Counted from the stretch's first letter, positions 27,726 through 36,832 are shown. The stretch: 44,313 nucleotides of DNA from an uncultured Eubacteriales bacterium (GCA_900551355.1 URVR01000001.1:1-44313), one strand, 5' to 3'. Numbers and translations: made by a program. The notes: generated by a model not told the origin, from the sequence alone.

Positions 27726-29080
27726 ATGTAACGATTTTTGCAGCGATCCTCTTTGTCATCACCTATGTCCTGATGTTCGCCTTCCAGAAGATCCGCCCCT
27801 ATGTGGCGGTGCTGTCTGCGGTGATCTTCGTGGTGGTGGGCAGCACCGGTATCTTTCCGGACTTCCGCTACACCGTGGGCGACGCCCTCGGGCAGATCGA
27901 CTGGAACGTGATCCTGATGATCACCGGCACCATGGGCACGGTGTTTCTGTTCATCGAGTCCAAAATGCCCCAGCGGATGAGCGACATCCTCGTCTCCCAT
28001 ATCCACAGCGTCAAGTGGCTGGTGGTGGTGCTGTCCCTGTTCGCCGGCGTGATCTCCGCCTTCGTGGACAACGTGGCCACGGTGCTGATGGTGGCGCCGG
28101 TGGCGCTGGCTCTGTGCAAAAAGCTGCACATCTCCCCGGTGCCGGCCATCATCTGCATCGCCATCTCCTCCAACCTGCAGGGCGCCGCCACGCTGGTGGG
28201 CGACACCACGTCCATCCTGCTGGCCAAGGCCGCAGGCCTGGACTTCATGGACTTCTTCTTCGTGGACGGCAGGCCCGGCATGTTCTGGGTCACAGAGTGC
28301 GGCGCACTGCTGAGCGCCCTCATCATCCTCTGGTTCTTCCGGGAGGAGAATGCCGCCATCGATCTGCATGACCGCACGCCGGTGGAGGACAAGGGCCCCA
28401 CCCGGCTGCTGTGCCTGACCGTTGCATCACTGATCGCCGTCTCCTTCATCCCCTACCAGTCGGCGGCGCAGCCCGGCCAGTTCTATAAGCCGGAGATCAC
28501 CAACGGCCTGATCTGCATGTTCTTCTTCGTGATCGGCCTCATCCGCGAGGTGCGGCGCTCCGGCAGCCGGGAGATCATCGGCCGGGCCATACTGGAGATC
28601 GACTTCTACACCCTGGCCCTGCTGGCCGGTCTGTTCGTGGTCATCGGCGGCATCAGCCGCGCCGGCATTATCGACCTGCTGGGCACCGCCCTGGCCGGCA
28701 TCAGCGGCGATGGCTCCCGCGGCTCCGTCTTCATCGTCTACACCGTCATCGTGTGGATGTCCGTGGCCTGCTCCGCCTTCATCGACAACATTCCCTACAC
28801 CGCCACCATGCTGCCTGTGGTGGCCGTGGTCACGGAGCGGCTCAGCGCCGCCGGCGGCCTGGCGGTGGAGCCGAATCTGATGTACTTCGGCCTGCTGGTG
28901 GGCGCCACACTGGGCGGCAACCTGACCCCCATCGGTGCCAGCGCCAACATCGCCGGCATCGGCATCCTCCGCAAGGAGGGCTACTCCGTCAGCTCCGGCA
29001 CGTTCATGAAATTCGGTGTGCCCTTCACGCTGGCGGCGGTCATCTCCGGCTATCTGCTGGTCTGGCTGATCTGGATGTGA
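27722..29080 (+). CDS. ArsB/NhaD (SLC13-like) ion transporter
   Basis: IDWNVI, SAFVDNVATVL, SNLQGAATLVGD, SAFIDNIPY, LGGNLTPIGASAN. Confidence 0.9.
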   Translation: MNVTIFAAILFVITYVLMFAFQKIRPYVAVLSAVIFVVVGSTGIFPDFRYTVGDALGQIDWNVILMITGTMGTVFLFIESKMPQRMSDILVSHIHSVKWLVVVLSLFAGVISAFVDNVATVLMVAPVALALCKKLHISPVPAIICIAISSNLQGAATLVGDTTSILLAKAAGLDFMDFFFVDGRPGMFWVTECGALLSALIILWFFREENAAIDLHDRTPVEDKGPTRLLCLTVASLIAVSFIPYQSAAQPGQFYKPEITNGLICMFFFVIGLIREVRRSGSREIIGRAILEIDFYTLALLAGLFVVIGGISRAGIIDLLGTALAGISGDGSRGSVFIVYTVIVWMSVACSAFIDNIPYTATMLPVVAVVTERLSAAGGLAVEPNLMYFGLLVGATLGGNLTPIGASANIAGIGILRKEGYSVSSGTFMKFGVPFTLAAVISGYLLVWLIWM

Positions 29081-29104
29081 CCGGTCATACCCCGATACGC
29101 AAAA

Positions 29105-29138
29105 GAGCACACCCGCGGCAAAAGCCGCGGGTGTGCTC
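29105..29138. terminator. bidirectional intrinsic terminator
   Basis: GAGCACACCCGCGGC / GCCGCGGGTGTGCTC between convergent genes. Confidence 0.85.
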
Positions 29139-29162
29139 CTTTATTATATAGTAGACCGCCGC

Positions 29163-30839
29163 TCAGCGCAGCGCGCCGATGATGCTCTGGTACTTGTTGA
29201 TGTCCGAGCCGCCGTTCCACGTCATGAAGCCGCCGGTGCAGCCGGTGTCCCGCAGGGCCTGGACCTCCGCCGCCACCTCTGCCTCGCCGTAGGTGTTGTA
29301 CGGCTCCCACAGGGCGTTGTACGCCTGGATCCAGGTGCGCACCGCGCCGGGAGAGGCCGTCTCCGTCTGACGCTCCGCCGCCGCCGCGCCGAACATGTGC
29401 ACCGTGTCGTAGGGGTGCTCCCAGGGCTTGTAGTCGCCCCGGGCACTGTAATGGTCGGGATAGGGCATGCCGGAAATGGCGTCCACCGCCGCGCTGATGG
29501 CCGGCCAGTACTGGCCGCAGGCGGTGACATAGGGGTTGGCGCACTCGCCAAACACGTCGCCGGACAGATAGTACCCGGCACCATGGAGCCGCTCCGCCGC
29601 GTACAGCAGGAACCGCTGCACCGCCTGGGCCTTGCTCTCACCGTAGGTGTTGCGGTAGTCGATGGTGCCGGCCTTCTCGTAGTTATACGCCCCGTCGGGG
29701 AAGCGGATATAGTCGAACTGGATCTCGTTGAAGCCCAGCGCTGCCGCCTCCAGCGCCAGATCCACCTTGTACTGCCACACCGTGCGGTCGTAGGCGCTGG
29801 GCCAGTACATATGGCTGATCTGCAGGGGCGTGCCGCTCAGGTCGCAGATGACCTGCTCCGGGTGATCCGCCGCCAGATGGGCGTCGTTGAACACGGTGAT
29901 GCGGCCGATGAGATAGTATCCCGCGTCCTTCAGCTTCTGAACGTTGGCCCGGAAGCCCTCCATGGTGTCCATGGCCGCCGCATAGGCCGACGGACTGTAC
30001 TGCTGCATCACCGGCGAGGCGTAGGACACGGCGGTGCCGTCCACGATGTCCACCACAAAGGCGTTGACGCCGCTGCCCTCCGCCACCCGAAGGTAGCTGT
30101 CGGCGTACTGGACAGCCGAGCCGTTGAGATACAGCGCCCGCACCTCGTCAGGCATGTCGTTGCCGGCGATGGGGCCCTTCTCCACGGGATAGTAGTCCAG
30201 TCCCGCCGCGTCGCCGCCGCCCCAGCTGTCGCCCCGGGAGGCGTGGAGCTGATACAGCGTCTCGTCATACTGGGCCAGCGCTTCCTCCTCCGTCATGCGG
30301 ACGTTGGCGGCGGCGATATAGCCCTCGCCCCGGTCGCAGGAGACGCGCCAGCGCAGCACCTCGCCGTCCTCATCCAGCCCGTCAAAGCCGGTGACTGTCA
30401 GGGCCATGCCCTTTTCCACGGCGCAGCCGGGTACGGCCCCCGTCTCATCCAGCAGGCTCATGCCCCGCAGGGCGTACACCGTCTCCACCTGCACCGCGTC
30501 CTCATAGCGGTCGGTCAGGTGCTGCTTCTCCAGCAGGACATACGTCTCGCCGTTGACCACCCGGACACAGGTGCCGTCGCTGTCCAGATCCGCCAGCACA
30601 TAGTGCACCTCCGCGCCCCGGGTCAGGGAACCCAGCACCGTCCCCTCCTCGTCATATACCAGGGCGGACGCCTCAGGCGACGCCACATACCCCACCGCCG
30701 TCTCCGGCGCCGGAGGCGGCAGCTGCTGACGATAGATATACACACCCAGACAGGCCAGTCCCGCCAGACACAGCAGGACGATGATGATCCCCGCCGCGCT
30801 GCCCTTTCTGCCGGCTCTCTCTTTTGTTGACATAAGCAT
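29163..30839 (-). CDS. membrane-anchored putative glycoside hydrolase (DUF4015-like TIM barrel) with SH3-like N-terminal segments
   Basis: Single N-terminal TM; VRALYL, NAFVVDI, IGRITVFND, GFNEIQFDYIRFP, DVFG, MPYPDH, RTWIQA, WN. Confidence 0.8.
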   Translation of the reverse strand: MLMSTKERAGRKGSAAGIIIVLLCLAGLACLGVYIYRQQLPPPAPETAVGYVASPEASALVYDEEGTVLGSLTRGAEVHYVLADLDSDGTCVRVVNGETYVLLEKQHLTDRYEDAVQVETVYALRGMSLLDETGAVPGCAVEKGMALTVTGFDGLDEDGEVLRWRVSCDRGEGYIAAANVRMTEEEALAQYDETLYQLHASRGDSWGGGDAAGLDYYPVEKGPIAGNDMPDEVRALYLNGSAVQYADSYLRVAEGSGVNAFVVDIVDGTAVSYASPVMQQYSPSAYAAAMDTMEGFRANVQKLKDAGYYLIGRITVFNDAHLAADHPEQVICDLSGTPLQISHMYWPSAYDRTVWQYKVDLALEAAALGFNEIQFDYIRFPDGAYNYEKAGTIDYRNTYGESKAQAVQRFLLYAAERLHGAGYYLSGDVFGECANPYVTACGQYWPAISAAVDAISGMPYPDHYSARGDYKPWEHPYDTVHMFGAAAAERQTETASPGAVRTWIQAYNALWEPYNTYGEAEVAAEVQALRDTGCTGGFMTWNGGSDINKYQSIIGALR

Positions 30840-31075
30840 AGCTCTCCTTGTGCTCCTTTGATATCGTGCAGGTCATTATACGCTATTTCACGCCGTATTT
30901 CTACCCAAATGTTGTGGTGCTGCTGACAAATTTTTCATATTTTTTGTGTTTCTCCCGGTTTTCAGGTAGACAACGACAAAAACCGATGGTATACTGTCAA
31001 TGATTATTGTTATGTAAATCAACCGGTGCTTCTGCACCGCTCTACCGATTCTTTTGCGAAGGCAGGGTGTTTGCG

Positions 31076-33520
31076 ATGAAATGGATGAAACGAGGGGCCG
31101 CCGCGGTGCTGGCCGCCGCGCTGGTGCTGAGTCTGCTGGCCACCGCGCTGCTGGCCGCCAGCAAGAACTGGCTGGGCGCGGGTCTGGGCGATCTGAGCCA
31201 GTACTACGAGACGGGCAACCACGCCGATCCCGGCTACTACTCCACGGTGGACGGCGACCTGGGCGGCACGTCCTACGGCATCTACATGTTCGCCAGCAAT
31301 GCCGGCACGCCGTTGAGCTTTATCCAGTGGCTGCAGGCGTTCGACGCCGGCTCCCTCTACCGCTACATGGGCGACAAGCTGTACAACGCCTACGCCTACG
31401 ACGTCAACGGCAAATACGCCCCCGGCTACGGCAGCAACTTCAACGCCAACTGGCGCAGCGTGGGCGACGATTATCCGGAGGAGTTCACCCAGGCCCAGAA
31501 GGACTACTGGGAGACCCACGCCTACGCGGACCTGCTGAGCAACCTGAAGTCCGCCGTCCCCGCCTTTGATCTGAACAACTACTCCGTGGCGCTGCGCAAC
31601 GTGCTGTGGAGCCGCAGCGTACACCACGGCGCCGGCGTCATCCAGGGTGCCAACAGCAGCGACGGCCGCAGCGGCGCCACCGGCGTGGTGCTTCGGGCCT
31701 TCGACAAGCTGGGCGGCTTCCAGAACCAGAGCGAGGCCCAGCTGATCCAGGCCATCTATGACGAGTGCAGCCGTCTCAGCGCCGCCCCCTCCGAGAGTGT
31801 GAAGCAGCGCATGTCCGGCGATACCGCCGACAAGTACGGCGTGTCCGGCCAGTCCATGGCCTACTTCATCGGCAGCTCCGGCGATGTGCAGCTCAGCGTC
31901 TATCGCCGTCTGCACGTCAACGAACCGGCGGACGCCCTGGTGATGCTGTACGCCAACTCCCAGGCGCCCCTGGCTGACGGCGATTACCGCGTCTCCCCCC
32001 ACGGGGCCACCGATCAGGCGCTGGCCGCCGATCTGTCCGGCCTGACGGCGGCTGCCGGCGCCGCCTCCGTTCAGCTGACCTACTACGCCGGCGGCTATTA
32101 CACCCTGAGCATCGGCGGGCAGCGTCTGACCGACGCGGGCGGCAAGGTGACGCTGGCCGCTCCCACTGCCGGGAACGACCAGATGTGGCAGCTGGTGGGC
32201 GACGGCACCTACTATCTGAAAAACCGCGGCACCGGCCTGCTGCTGGCGCTGAGCACCGGCTCTGTGGCCACCACCGGTGACAGCGGCGCCGCTACCCCGC
32301 TCCAGCTCTCCGCCATCGGCAGCACGTGGGGCACGGAGGGTATGTTCTATCCCAGCAGCGAGGACTCCACCACCGAGCTGGTGGCCGGCAAGTCCTCCTA
32401 CCCCTTCCGCGGCGTGGTCACCAGCAGTCTGCCCATCTCCAACATCACGGTGAGGGTGGCCTCCACCGACGGCAAGACCGGCTTCACCGCCTCCAGCAGC
32501 ATCAAGAGCACCGTATATTACTACGACCTGTGGAACCTGGACAGCGCCTGCGCCTTCAGTAAGCTCAGCGCGGGACAGTACACCATGACCATCACCGGCA
32601 CCAACGCCGCCGGTACGGTGACGCTGGCGGAGAGCCGCTTCACCGTGGACGTCAACACCTCGCCCGATCCCGGCGATCTTGCCGACGAGAAGTACAGCGT
32701 ATCCTTCCAGATCGGCGATACCATCATCGAAACGCGCGTTTACAATCTGACCGACACTTACGGCGAGCTGCCCTCCGTCAGCGAGGCCGGCTTCCAGGGC
32801 TGGTTCCGTGAGGACGGCACGGAGGTCTCCCCCAACTCCCCGGTGGCCGCCTCCAACCACACGCTGTTCGCCAAGTTCGGCGATCTCCACACCGTCACCT
32901 TCAAGGTGGACGACACCGTGGTCAGCACGGTCAGGCTGGCCAAGGGCGGCCTTATCACCGCCCCGGCCAACCCCGTCAAGGCGGCGGACAGCAGCTATAC
33001 CTACAGCTTCACGCACTGGGTGGATCAGAACGGCAATATCTTCGTCGCCGACGCCACCTATATGGATGCCTCCGACCTCACCTATGTCGCCCAGTTCAAC
33101 AGGACCGCCAAGCCCAGTGACAGCGGTGGCGGCGGCAGCAGCGGCGGTGGCGGCACAGGTCCCTCCGCACCCTCCGGCGGTTTCCTCACCGGTATCGCAC
33201 CCGGTACGTCCGTCAAGACCCTGAACAGCTCCGGCTACACCGTGTATGACGGCAGGGCCGAGGTAGTCTCCGGCAATGTGGGCACGGGCATGATCGCCGT
33301 CAGCGGCAGCACCAGCCTGACCATCGTGGTCACCGGCGATGTCAACGGCGACGGACGCATCACCATCACCGACGTGGTGAAGCTGCAGAACTACGTCGCC
33401 AGTGCAGGCAGCCTGCAGGAAGCCGCCATGAAGGCTGCCGACATCAACGGCGACGGACGCATCACCATCACCGATGTGGTGCAGGCCGCCCAGGTCACTG
33501 TGGGGCAGCGCACCATCTGA
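31076..33520 (+). CDS. secreted multidomain protein: VgrG3-like muramidase domain, ricin-B-like, Ig-like, InlB B-repeat-like domains, C-terminal dockerin
   Basis: Signal peptide; LGDLSQYYET...GDLGGTSYGIYMFAS...ALRNVLWSRSVHHG...LIQAIY; QMW/YYLKN ricin-like motifs; YGELP..AGFQGW and YSFTHW repeats; GDVNGDGRITITDVV / ADINGDGRITITDVV. Confidence 0.8.
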   Translation: MKWMKRGAAAVLAAALVLSLLATALLAASKNWLGAGLGDLSQYYETGNHADPGYYSTVDGDLGGTSYGIYMFASNAGTPLSFIQWLQAFDAGSLYRYMGDKLYNAYAYDVNGKYAPGYGSNFNANWRSVGDDYPEEFTQAQKDYWETHAYADLLSNLKSAVPAFDLNNYSVALRNVLWSRSVHHGAGVIQGANSSDGRSGATGVVLRAFDKLGGFQNQSEAQLIQAIYDECSRLSAAPSESVKQRMSGDTADKYGVSGQSMAYFIGSSGDVQLSVYRRLHVNEPADALVMLYANSQAPLADGDYRVSPHGATDQALAADLSGLTAAAGAASVQLTYYAGGYYTLSIGGQRLTDAGGKVTLAAPTAGNDQMWQLVGDGTYYLKNRGTGLLLALSTGSVATTGDSGAATPLQLSAIGSTWGTEGMFYPSSEDSTTELVAGKSSYPFRGVVTSSLPISNITVRVASTDGKTGFTASSSIKSTVYYYDLWNLDSACAFSKLSAGQYTMTITGTNAAGTVTLAESRFTVDVNTSPDPGDLADEKYSVSFQIGDTIIETRVYNLTDTYGELPSVSEAGFQGWFREDGTEVSPNSPVAASNHTLFAKFGDLHTVTFKVDDTVVSTVRLAKGGLITAPANPVKAADSSYTYSFTHWVDQNGNIFVADATYMDASDLTYVAQFNRTAKPSDSGGGGSSGGGGTGPSAPSGGFLTGIAPGTSVKTLNSSGYTVYDGRAEVVSGNVGTGMIAVSGSTSLTIVVTGDVNGDGRITITDVVKLQNYVASAGSLQEAAMKAADINGDGRITITDVVQAAQVTVGQRTI
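33342..33474 (+). repeat. 31-bp exact direct repeat encoding the two dockerin Ca-binding loops
   Basis: TCAACGGCGACGGACGCATCACCATCACCGA at 33342-33372 and 33444-33474. Confidence 0.9.
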
Positions 33521-33534
33521 GTGGGAGGTAACTC

Positions 33535-35118
33535 ATGAAAAACAGACTCCTTCGCACCGCACTGTCCCTGACAGCCGCCCTGCTGCTGATACTGACCGTG
33601 CTGCCCCGGCAGGCCCATGCCGCCGGCGCCTCGCTCACCGGCAGCGACAGCGTGCAGGCCGGCAATTCCGTCACCCTGACCCTGTCTGTGAGCAGCAAGA
33701 TCTACGGCCTGACGGCAGACCTCAACTGCGGCAGCAATCTGACCTTCACCAACTACACCTGCTCTGTCAGCGGGTGGAGCATCCTGGTGAACCAGAACCA
33801 TTTCAGCGTCTACGGCACCTCCAGTGCCAGCGGCGCGGTGATCACCGTCACGCTGAAGGCGGCCTCCGGCGTCTCAGCCGATACGGCTCTCAGCGCCAGC
33901 TTTGACAACATCGTGGCCTCCGACGGCGAGAAGGACATCGACATGGGCTCCGCCTCCTGGTCGGGCAAGGCCGCCACCCTCAGCGACAACTGCTCCCTGT
34001 CCGCCATCATTGCCGGCAACTTCACGCTGAACCCGGCGTTTTCCGCCAACACAACGTACTACACCGCCAAGGTGCCCTACAGCGTGGAAAAGCTGAATCT
34101 GGACTACAACCGGGCCGACAAGACCCAGACCGTCTCCATCAGCGGCACCCAGCTGGCCGTGGGGCTCAACACCGTGACCCTGAAGGTCACCGCCGCCAAC
34201 GGCGCCACCCGCACCTACACCATCGAGGTCACACGGGAGCAGGACCCCAACTACAAGCCCTCCTCCGACGCCACTCTCTCCCAGCTGGGCATCGAGGGCG
34301 CGTCTCTCAGCCCCGCCTTCAGCAGCAGCGTCAAGGACTACATCGCCTACGTCCCCTTTGAGACGGAGCAGGTGACGCTTTCCGCCACCGCCAGCGACAG
34401 CAAGGCCAGCGGCGTCAGCGGCACCGGCGACATCGCCATCGACAAGGAGGGCGACAATCTGGTGACGGTCACCTGCACCGCCGAGGACAAGATCTCCAAG
34501 GAGGCGTATACCATCCACGTGGTGCGTATGCCCAAGTACACCGGCATCGTGCCCGACGTCACCGTACCGGAGCCTGACCCCGAACCGGCGCCTGAGCCGG
34601 AGCCGGAGGTCCCCATGCTTGAGATCCCCCTGAACGTCAAGCTGCCCCTGCTGGGCGAGGTCCGCACGGCGGTGGCCATCATCGGCGGCATGGTGCTGGT
34701 AGCAGGACTTCTGTTCCTGCTGGGCCTGTTCATCGGCCGCAGCATCGGCGGTGACGATGATGACGGGCCGGACGGCCCCGACGAACGGGACCACCGGCAT
34801 CGGGACGAGCACCGTCCCCTCCCTGCGCCGGATCGCTCCCGTCCCACGCCCCGCATCGTGCCCCGGGAGCCGCAGCCGGTAAAGAAGGCCGCGCCCAAGG
34901 CCCGGAACTGGGCGGACTTCGACATCCCGCTGGACGATGACGAGCCTGCGGCGCCTCCCGCACCCAAGGCCGCACCCCAGCAGACCGCCGCCCCCGACCT
35001 CCCGCTGATGGAGGAGACGGTGGACCGGACGCTCAGCGATGCGCCCACCCCCGAGGACGAGGAGGATGTGCGCACCATGTCTCTGGAGGACCTGCTCAAG
35101 GACATCCGCGATATGTAA
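33535..35118 (+). CDS. membrane-anchored surface protein: cohesin-like domain, two cadherin-like beta-sandwiches, PE linker, TM helix, acidic cytoplasmic tail
   Basis: Signal peptide ending AHA; SVQAGNSVTLTL...VITVTLK cohesin-like; two LxPAFS....Y...VP.../VTA.NG or TAED...YTI.V.R units; TM AVAIIGGMVLVAGLLFLLGLFIG. Confidence 0.78.
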   Translation: MKNRLLRTALSLTAALLLILTVLPRQAHAAGASLTGSDSVQAGNSVTLTLSVSSKIYGLTADLNCGSNLTFTNYTCSVSGWSILVNQNHFSVYGTSSASGAVITVTLKAASGVSADTALSASFDNIVASDGEKDIDMGSASWSGKAATLSDNCSLSAIIAGNFTLNPAFSANTTYYTAKVPYSVEKLNLDYNRADKTQTVSISGTQLAVGLNTVTLKVTAANGATRTYTIEVTREQDPNYKPSSDATLSQLGIEGASLSPAFSSSVKDYIAYVPFETEQVTLSATASDSKASGVSGTGDIAIDKEGDNLVTVTCTAEDKISKEAYTIHVVRMPKYTGIVPDVTVPEPDPEPAPEPEPEVPMLEIPLNVKLPLLGEVRTAVAIIGGMVLVAGLLFLLGLFIGRSIGGDDDDGPDGPDERDHRHRDEHRPLPAPDRSRPTPRIVPREPQPVKKAAPKARNWADFDIPLDDDEPAAPPAPKAAPQQTAAPDLPLMEETVDRTLSDAPTPEDEEDVRTMSLEDLLKDIRDM

Positions 35119-35123
35119 AAGTC

Positions 35124-35166
35124 AAAATAGGCCCCTCTGCCGATCCGACAGGGGGGCCTATTTTTT
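35124..35166 (+). terminator. intrinsic terminator
   Basis: AAAATAGGCCCCTCTG / CAGGGGGGCCTATTTTTT. Confidence 0.85.
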
Positions 35167-35216
35167 GTCTGGCTCGTCTGCTGCGCAGGGAGTTTCGGGT
35201 ATTTTTTCGAATGTCG

Positions 35217-35246
35217 TTGACAAGGATCGGGACAGGGTGATATACT
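35217..35246 (+). promoter_or_regulatory. sigma-A promoter of the riboswitch leader
   Basis: TTGACA-N18-TATACT with extended TG. Confidence 0.75.
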
Positions 35247-35265
35247 ACATTCGTTAATTGAATAC

Positions 35266-35555
35266 GATCCGGTGAAGTCGTGCGGCTGTCCGCTGCAAAG
35301 ATCAGGTTTAGCTGATCAGGCGGCAGTTTAGAAGGAAATGGGAAAAACCCACCGCGAACGGCACTGTGAGCGCAAGGATGCACCGAAACAGCGAAAGCTG
35401 TGTGACGAAAGTCAGCCATTGGGCGAGAGCCTGAGAAGGTAGGCGGCAAACGAGGAGCGAAAGCTTCAGGGCGCGAGGCAGAAGAATTGCACGTCTGAGG
35501 ATCAGGCACAGCGGGCGTTTTCTCCGTTTGGCACCATGGAAACCACGCTGTTTTT
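35266..35555 (+). ncRNA. cobalamin (class I) riboswitch-like leader, divergent
   Basis: In order: P3 hairpin, TTTAGAAGGAAA, TGGG-AAAAA-CCCA, CACTGTGAGCGC, GAAA-capped helices, GCCATTGG...TGAGAAGG, GCGCGAGGCAGAAGAATTGC (B12-box-like); closing pairs GATCC/GGATC and CGTGCG/TGCACG. Confidence 0.7.
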
Positions 35556-35593
35556 GCAATGCAGAAACGGCGTTTTCTTATCAAAAATGTACC

Positions 35594-35698
35594 GCCTATC
35601 CCTGTACAGGGATAGGCATTTCTGCTGTAGTCAAGTCGAGACGGCATCAGCCGTCTGCTTTCCATAAGGTGGAAGGGGCTTGCCGGCCCCTTCCACCT
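35594..35698 (+). promoter_or_regulatory. two perfect hairpins in the leader (expression platform / attenuator candidates)
   Basis: GCCTATCCCTGTACAGGGATAGGC and AGGTGGAAGGGGC-TTGCCG-GCCCCTTCCACCT. Confidence 0.6.
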
Positions 35699-35751
35699 AC
35701 CTCTCTTTATACAGATGTAAACAGAAAATTCACATAAAGGAGACTGAGACA

Positions 35752-36453
35752 ATGAAGAAACGTGTGGTATCGTGGCTGCTGGTGGTGCTGATGCTCACCA
35801 GCCTGCTGCCCACCTCCGTCCTGGCGGAGATGGTGGACGCGGCGGCGAGCACAGCCGTGGAGCAGCCTCTCACCGAGGACGCGGCCGTCCCGGAGGAGCC
35901 GGAGGAACAGGAGGGATCGAAGACACCGGAAGCCCCGGAAACGCCGGAGGTTCCGGAGGATACGGAAAATACGGACGACGCGGAGCAGGAAGCTGGTCCG
36001 CAGTCTGCCGTGCAGAGCGCCGATATCATGGTGCAGGCGGCGGCCGTGACGGAGATCAGCACAGCGGCGGAATTCGCCGGCATGAGCGCCACCGGCAGCT
36101 ATAAGCTGACGAAGGATATCACCGTTACAGCGCCCTATAAGAAGGCAGACTTTACAGGCACCTTTGACGGCGATAACCATACGATCACATTTACGTATGA
36201 TTCCACGGGAAACGTGAATGCGGGCCTGTTTTTGCGAACGGGAAAAAACGCAGTTATTAAAAACCTTAAGGTTGAGGTTGCCCTGACATCAACGGCGGCA
36301 AGCGCAAGCTGCGGAACGGGTGGTTTGGTCGGCACCGTGTATGGCGCTACCACCATCACAAATTGCCACATCAGCGGGAACGTGCAAAACACAAACAAAG
36401 GCAGTTCATATAGGCCTGTTGGACCAGCAGCTCGAAATTGGCCTCTATCGTAG
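35752..36453 (+). pseudogene. truncated large surface protein (signal peptide, acidic linker, start of a GLUG-type beta-helix)
   Basis: AAGGAG RBS; MKKRVVSWLL...SVLA; YKLTKDI, FTGTFDGDNHTI, GLF, IKNL, GGLVG..ITNC motifs; ends inside the first repeat with no anchor. Confidence 0.75.
35926..35988 (+). repeat. degenerate 9-bp tandem repeat (PEx linker)
   Basis: ccggaagcc ccggaaacg ccggaggtt ccggaggat acggaaaat acggacgac gcggagcag. Confidence 0.75.
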
Positions 36454-36787
36454 AAGCCGCCGTTCTGTGCAGCTGCCGCAGGGCACGGCTATTGGCCTTC
36501 CCGACGGGTATCCGTGCATCTTGCCCCAGCTTTTAGATGCAGACACTCCCCTGCCGCGCCGCCGCATATGCGGCAGCGAAAGCAAGTACATGTCGTCTCA
36601 CCTGCTTCGCCCCCCGCGATCGCCCCCCCATTGCGCACCGCAGTCATGTGGCGCGGCGGATGCGATTGCCGGTACTTATTTCCTTGCCGGTGGCGCATAC
36701 CCTTTCCGCCGTCCGGTGCAATGCCGGAGCTGTGATCGGTGTAAAATTCCCAAATTTGCTTTTCCCCACGCCTGAAGACACCAACAA

Positions 36788-36820
36788 AAACGACGCCTGC
36801 ACCAAACGCAGGCGTCGTTT
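36788..36820 (-). terminator. intrinsic terminator of the glycan operon
   Basis: AAACGACGCCTGC / GCAGGCGTCGTTT with A-tract on the left. Confidence 0.85.
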
Positions 36821-36832
36821 CTTATTCACAGT

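Noticed and set aside
31076..33520. Cellulosome or type VI secretion system
   Set aside because: No cellulase, multi-cohesin scaffoldin or T6SS structural genes in the window; the protein has a Sec-type signal peptide
35260..35700. RNase P, tmRNA, T-box or group II intron
   Set aside because: Their signature motifs are missing; motif order fits a cobalamin-type aptamer better
35890..35990. CRISPR-like periodicity
   Set aside because: 9-bp coding repeat of a Pro/Glu linker; no spacers or cas genes
36405..36780. Separate gene fragment on the minus strand (KLGQDARIP...ELLVQQAY)
   Set aside because: Short, no start or RBS, no family I can recognise
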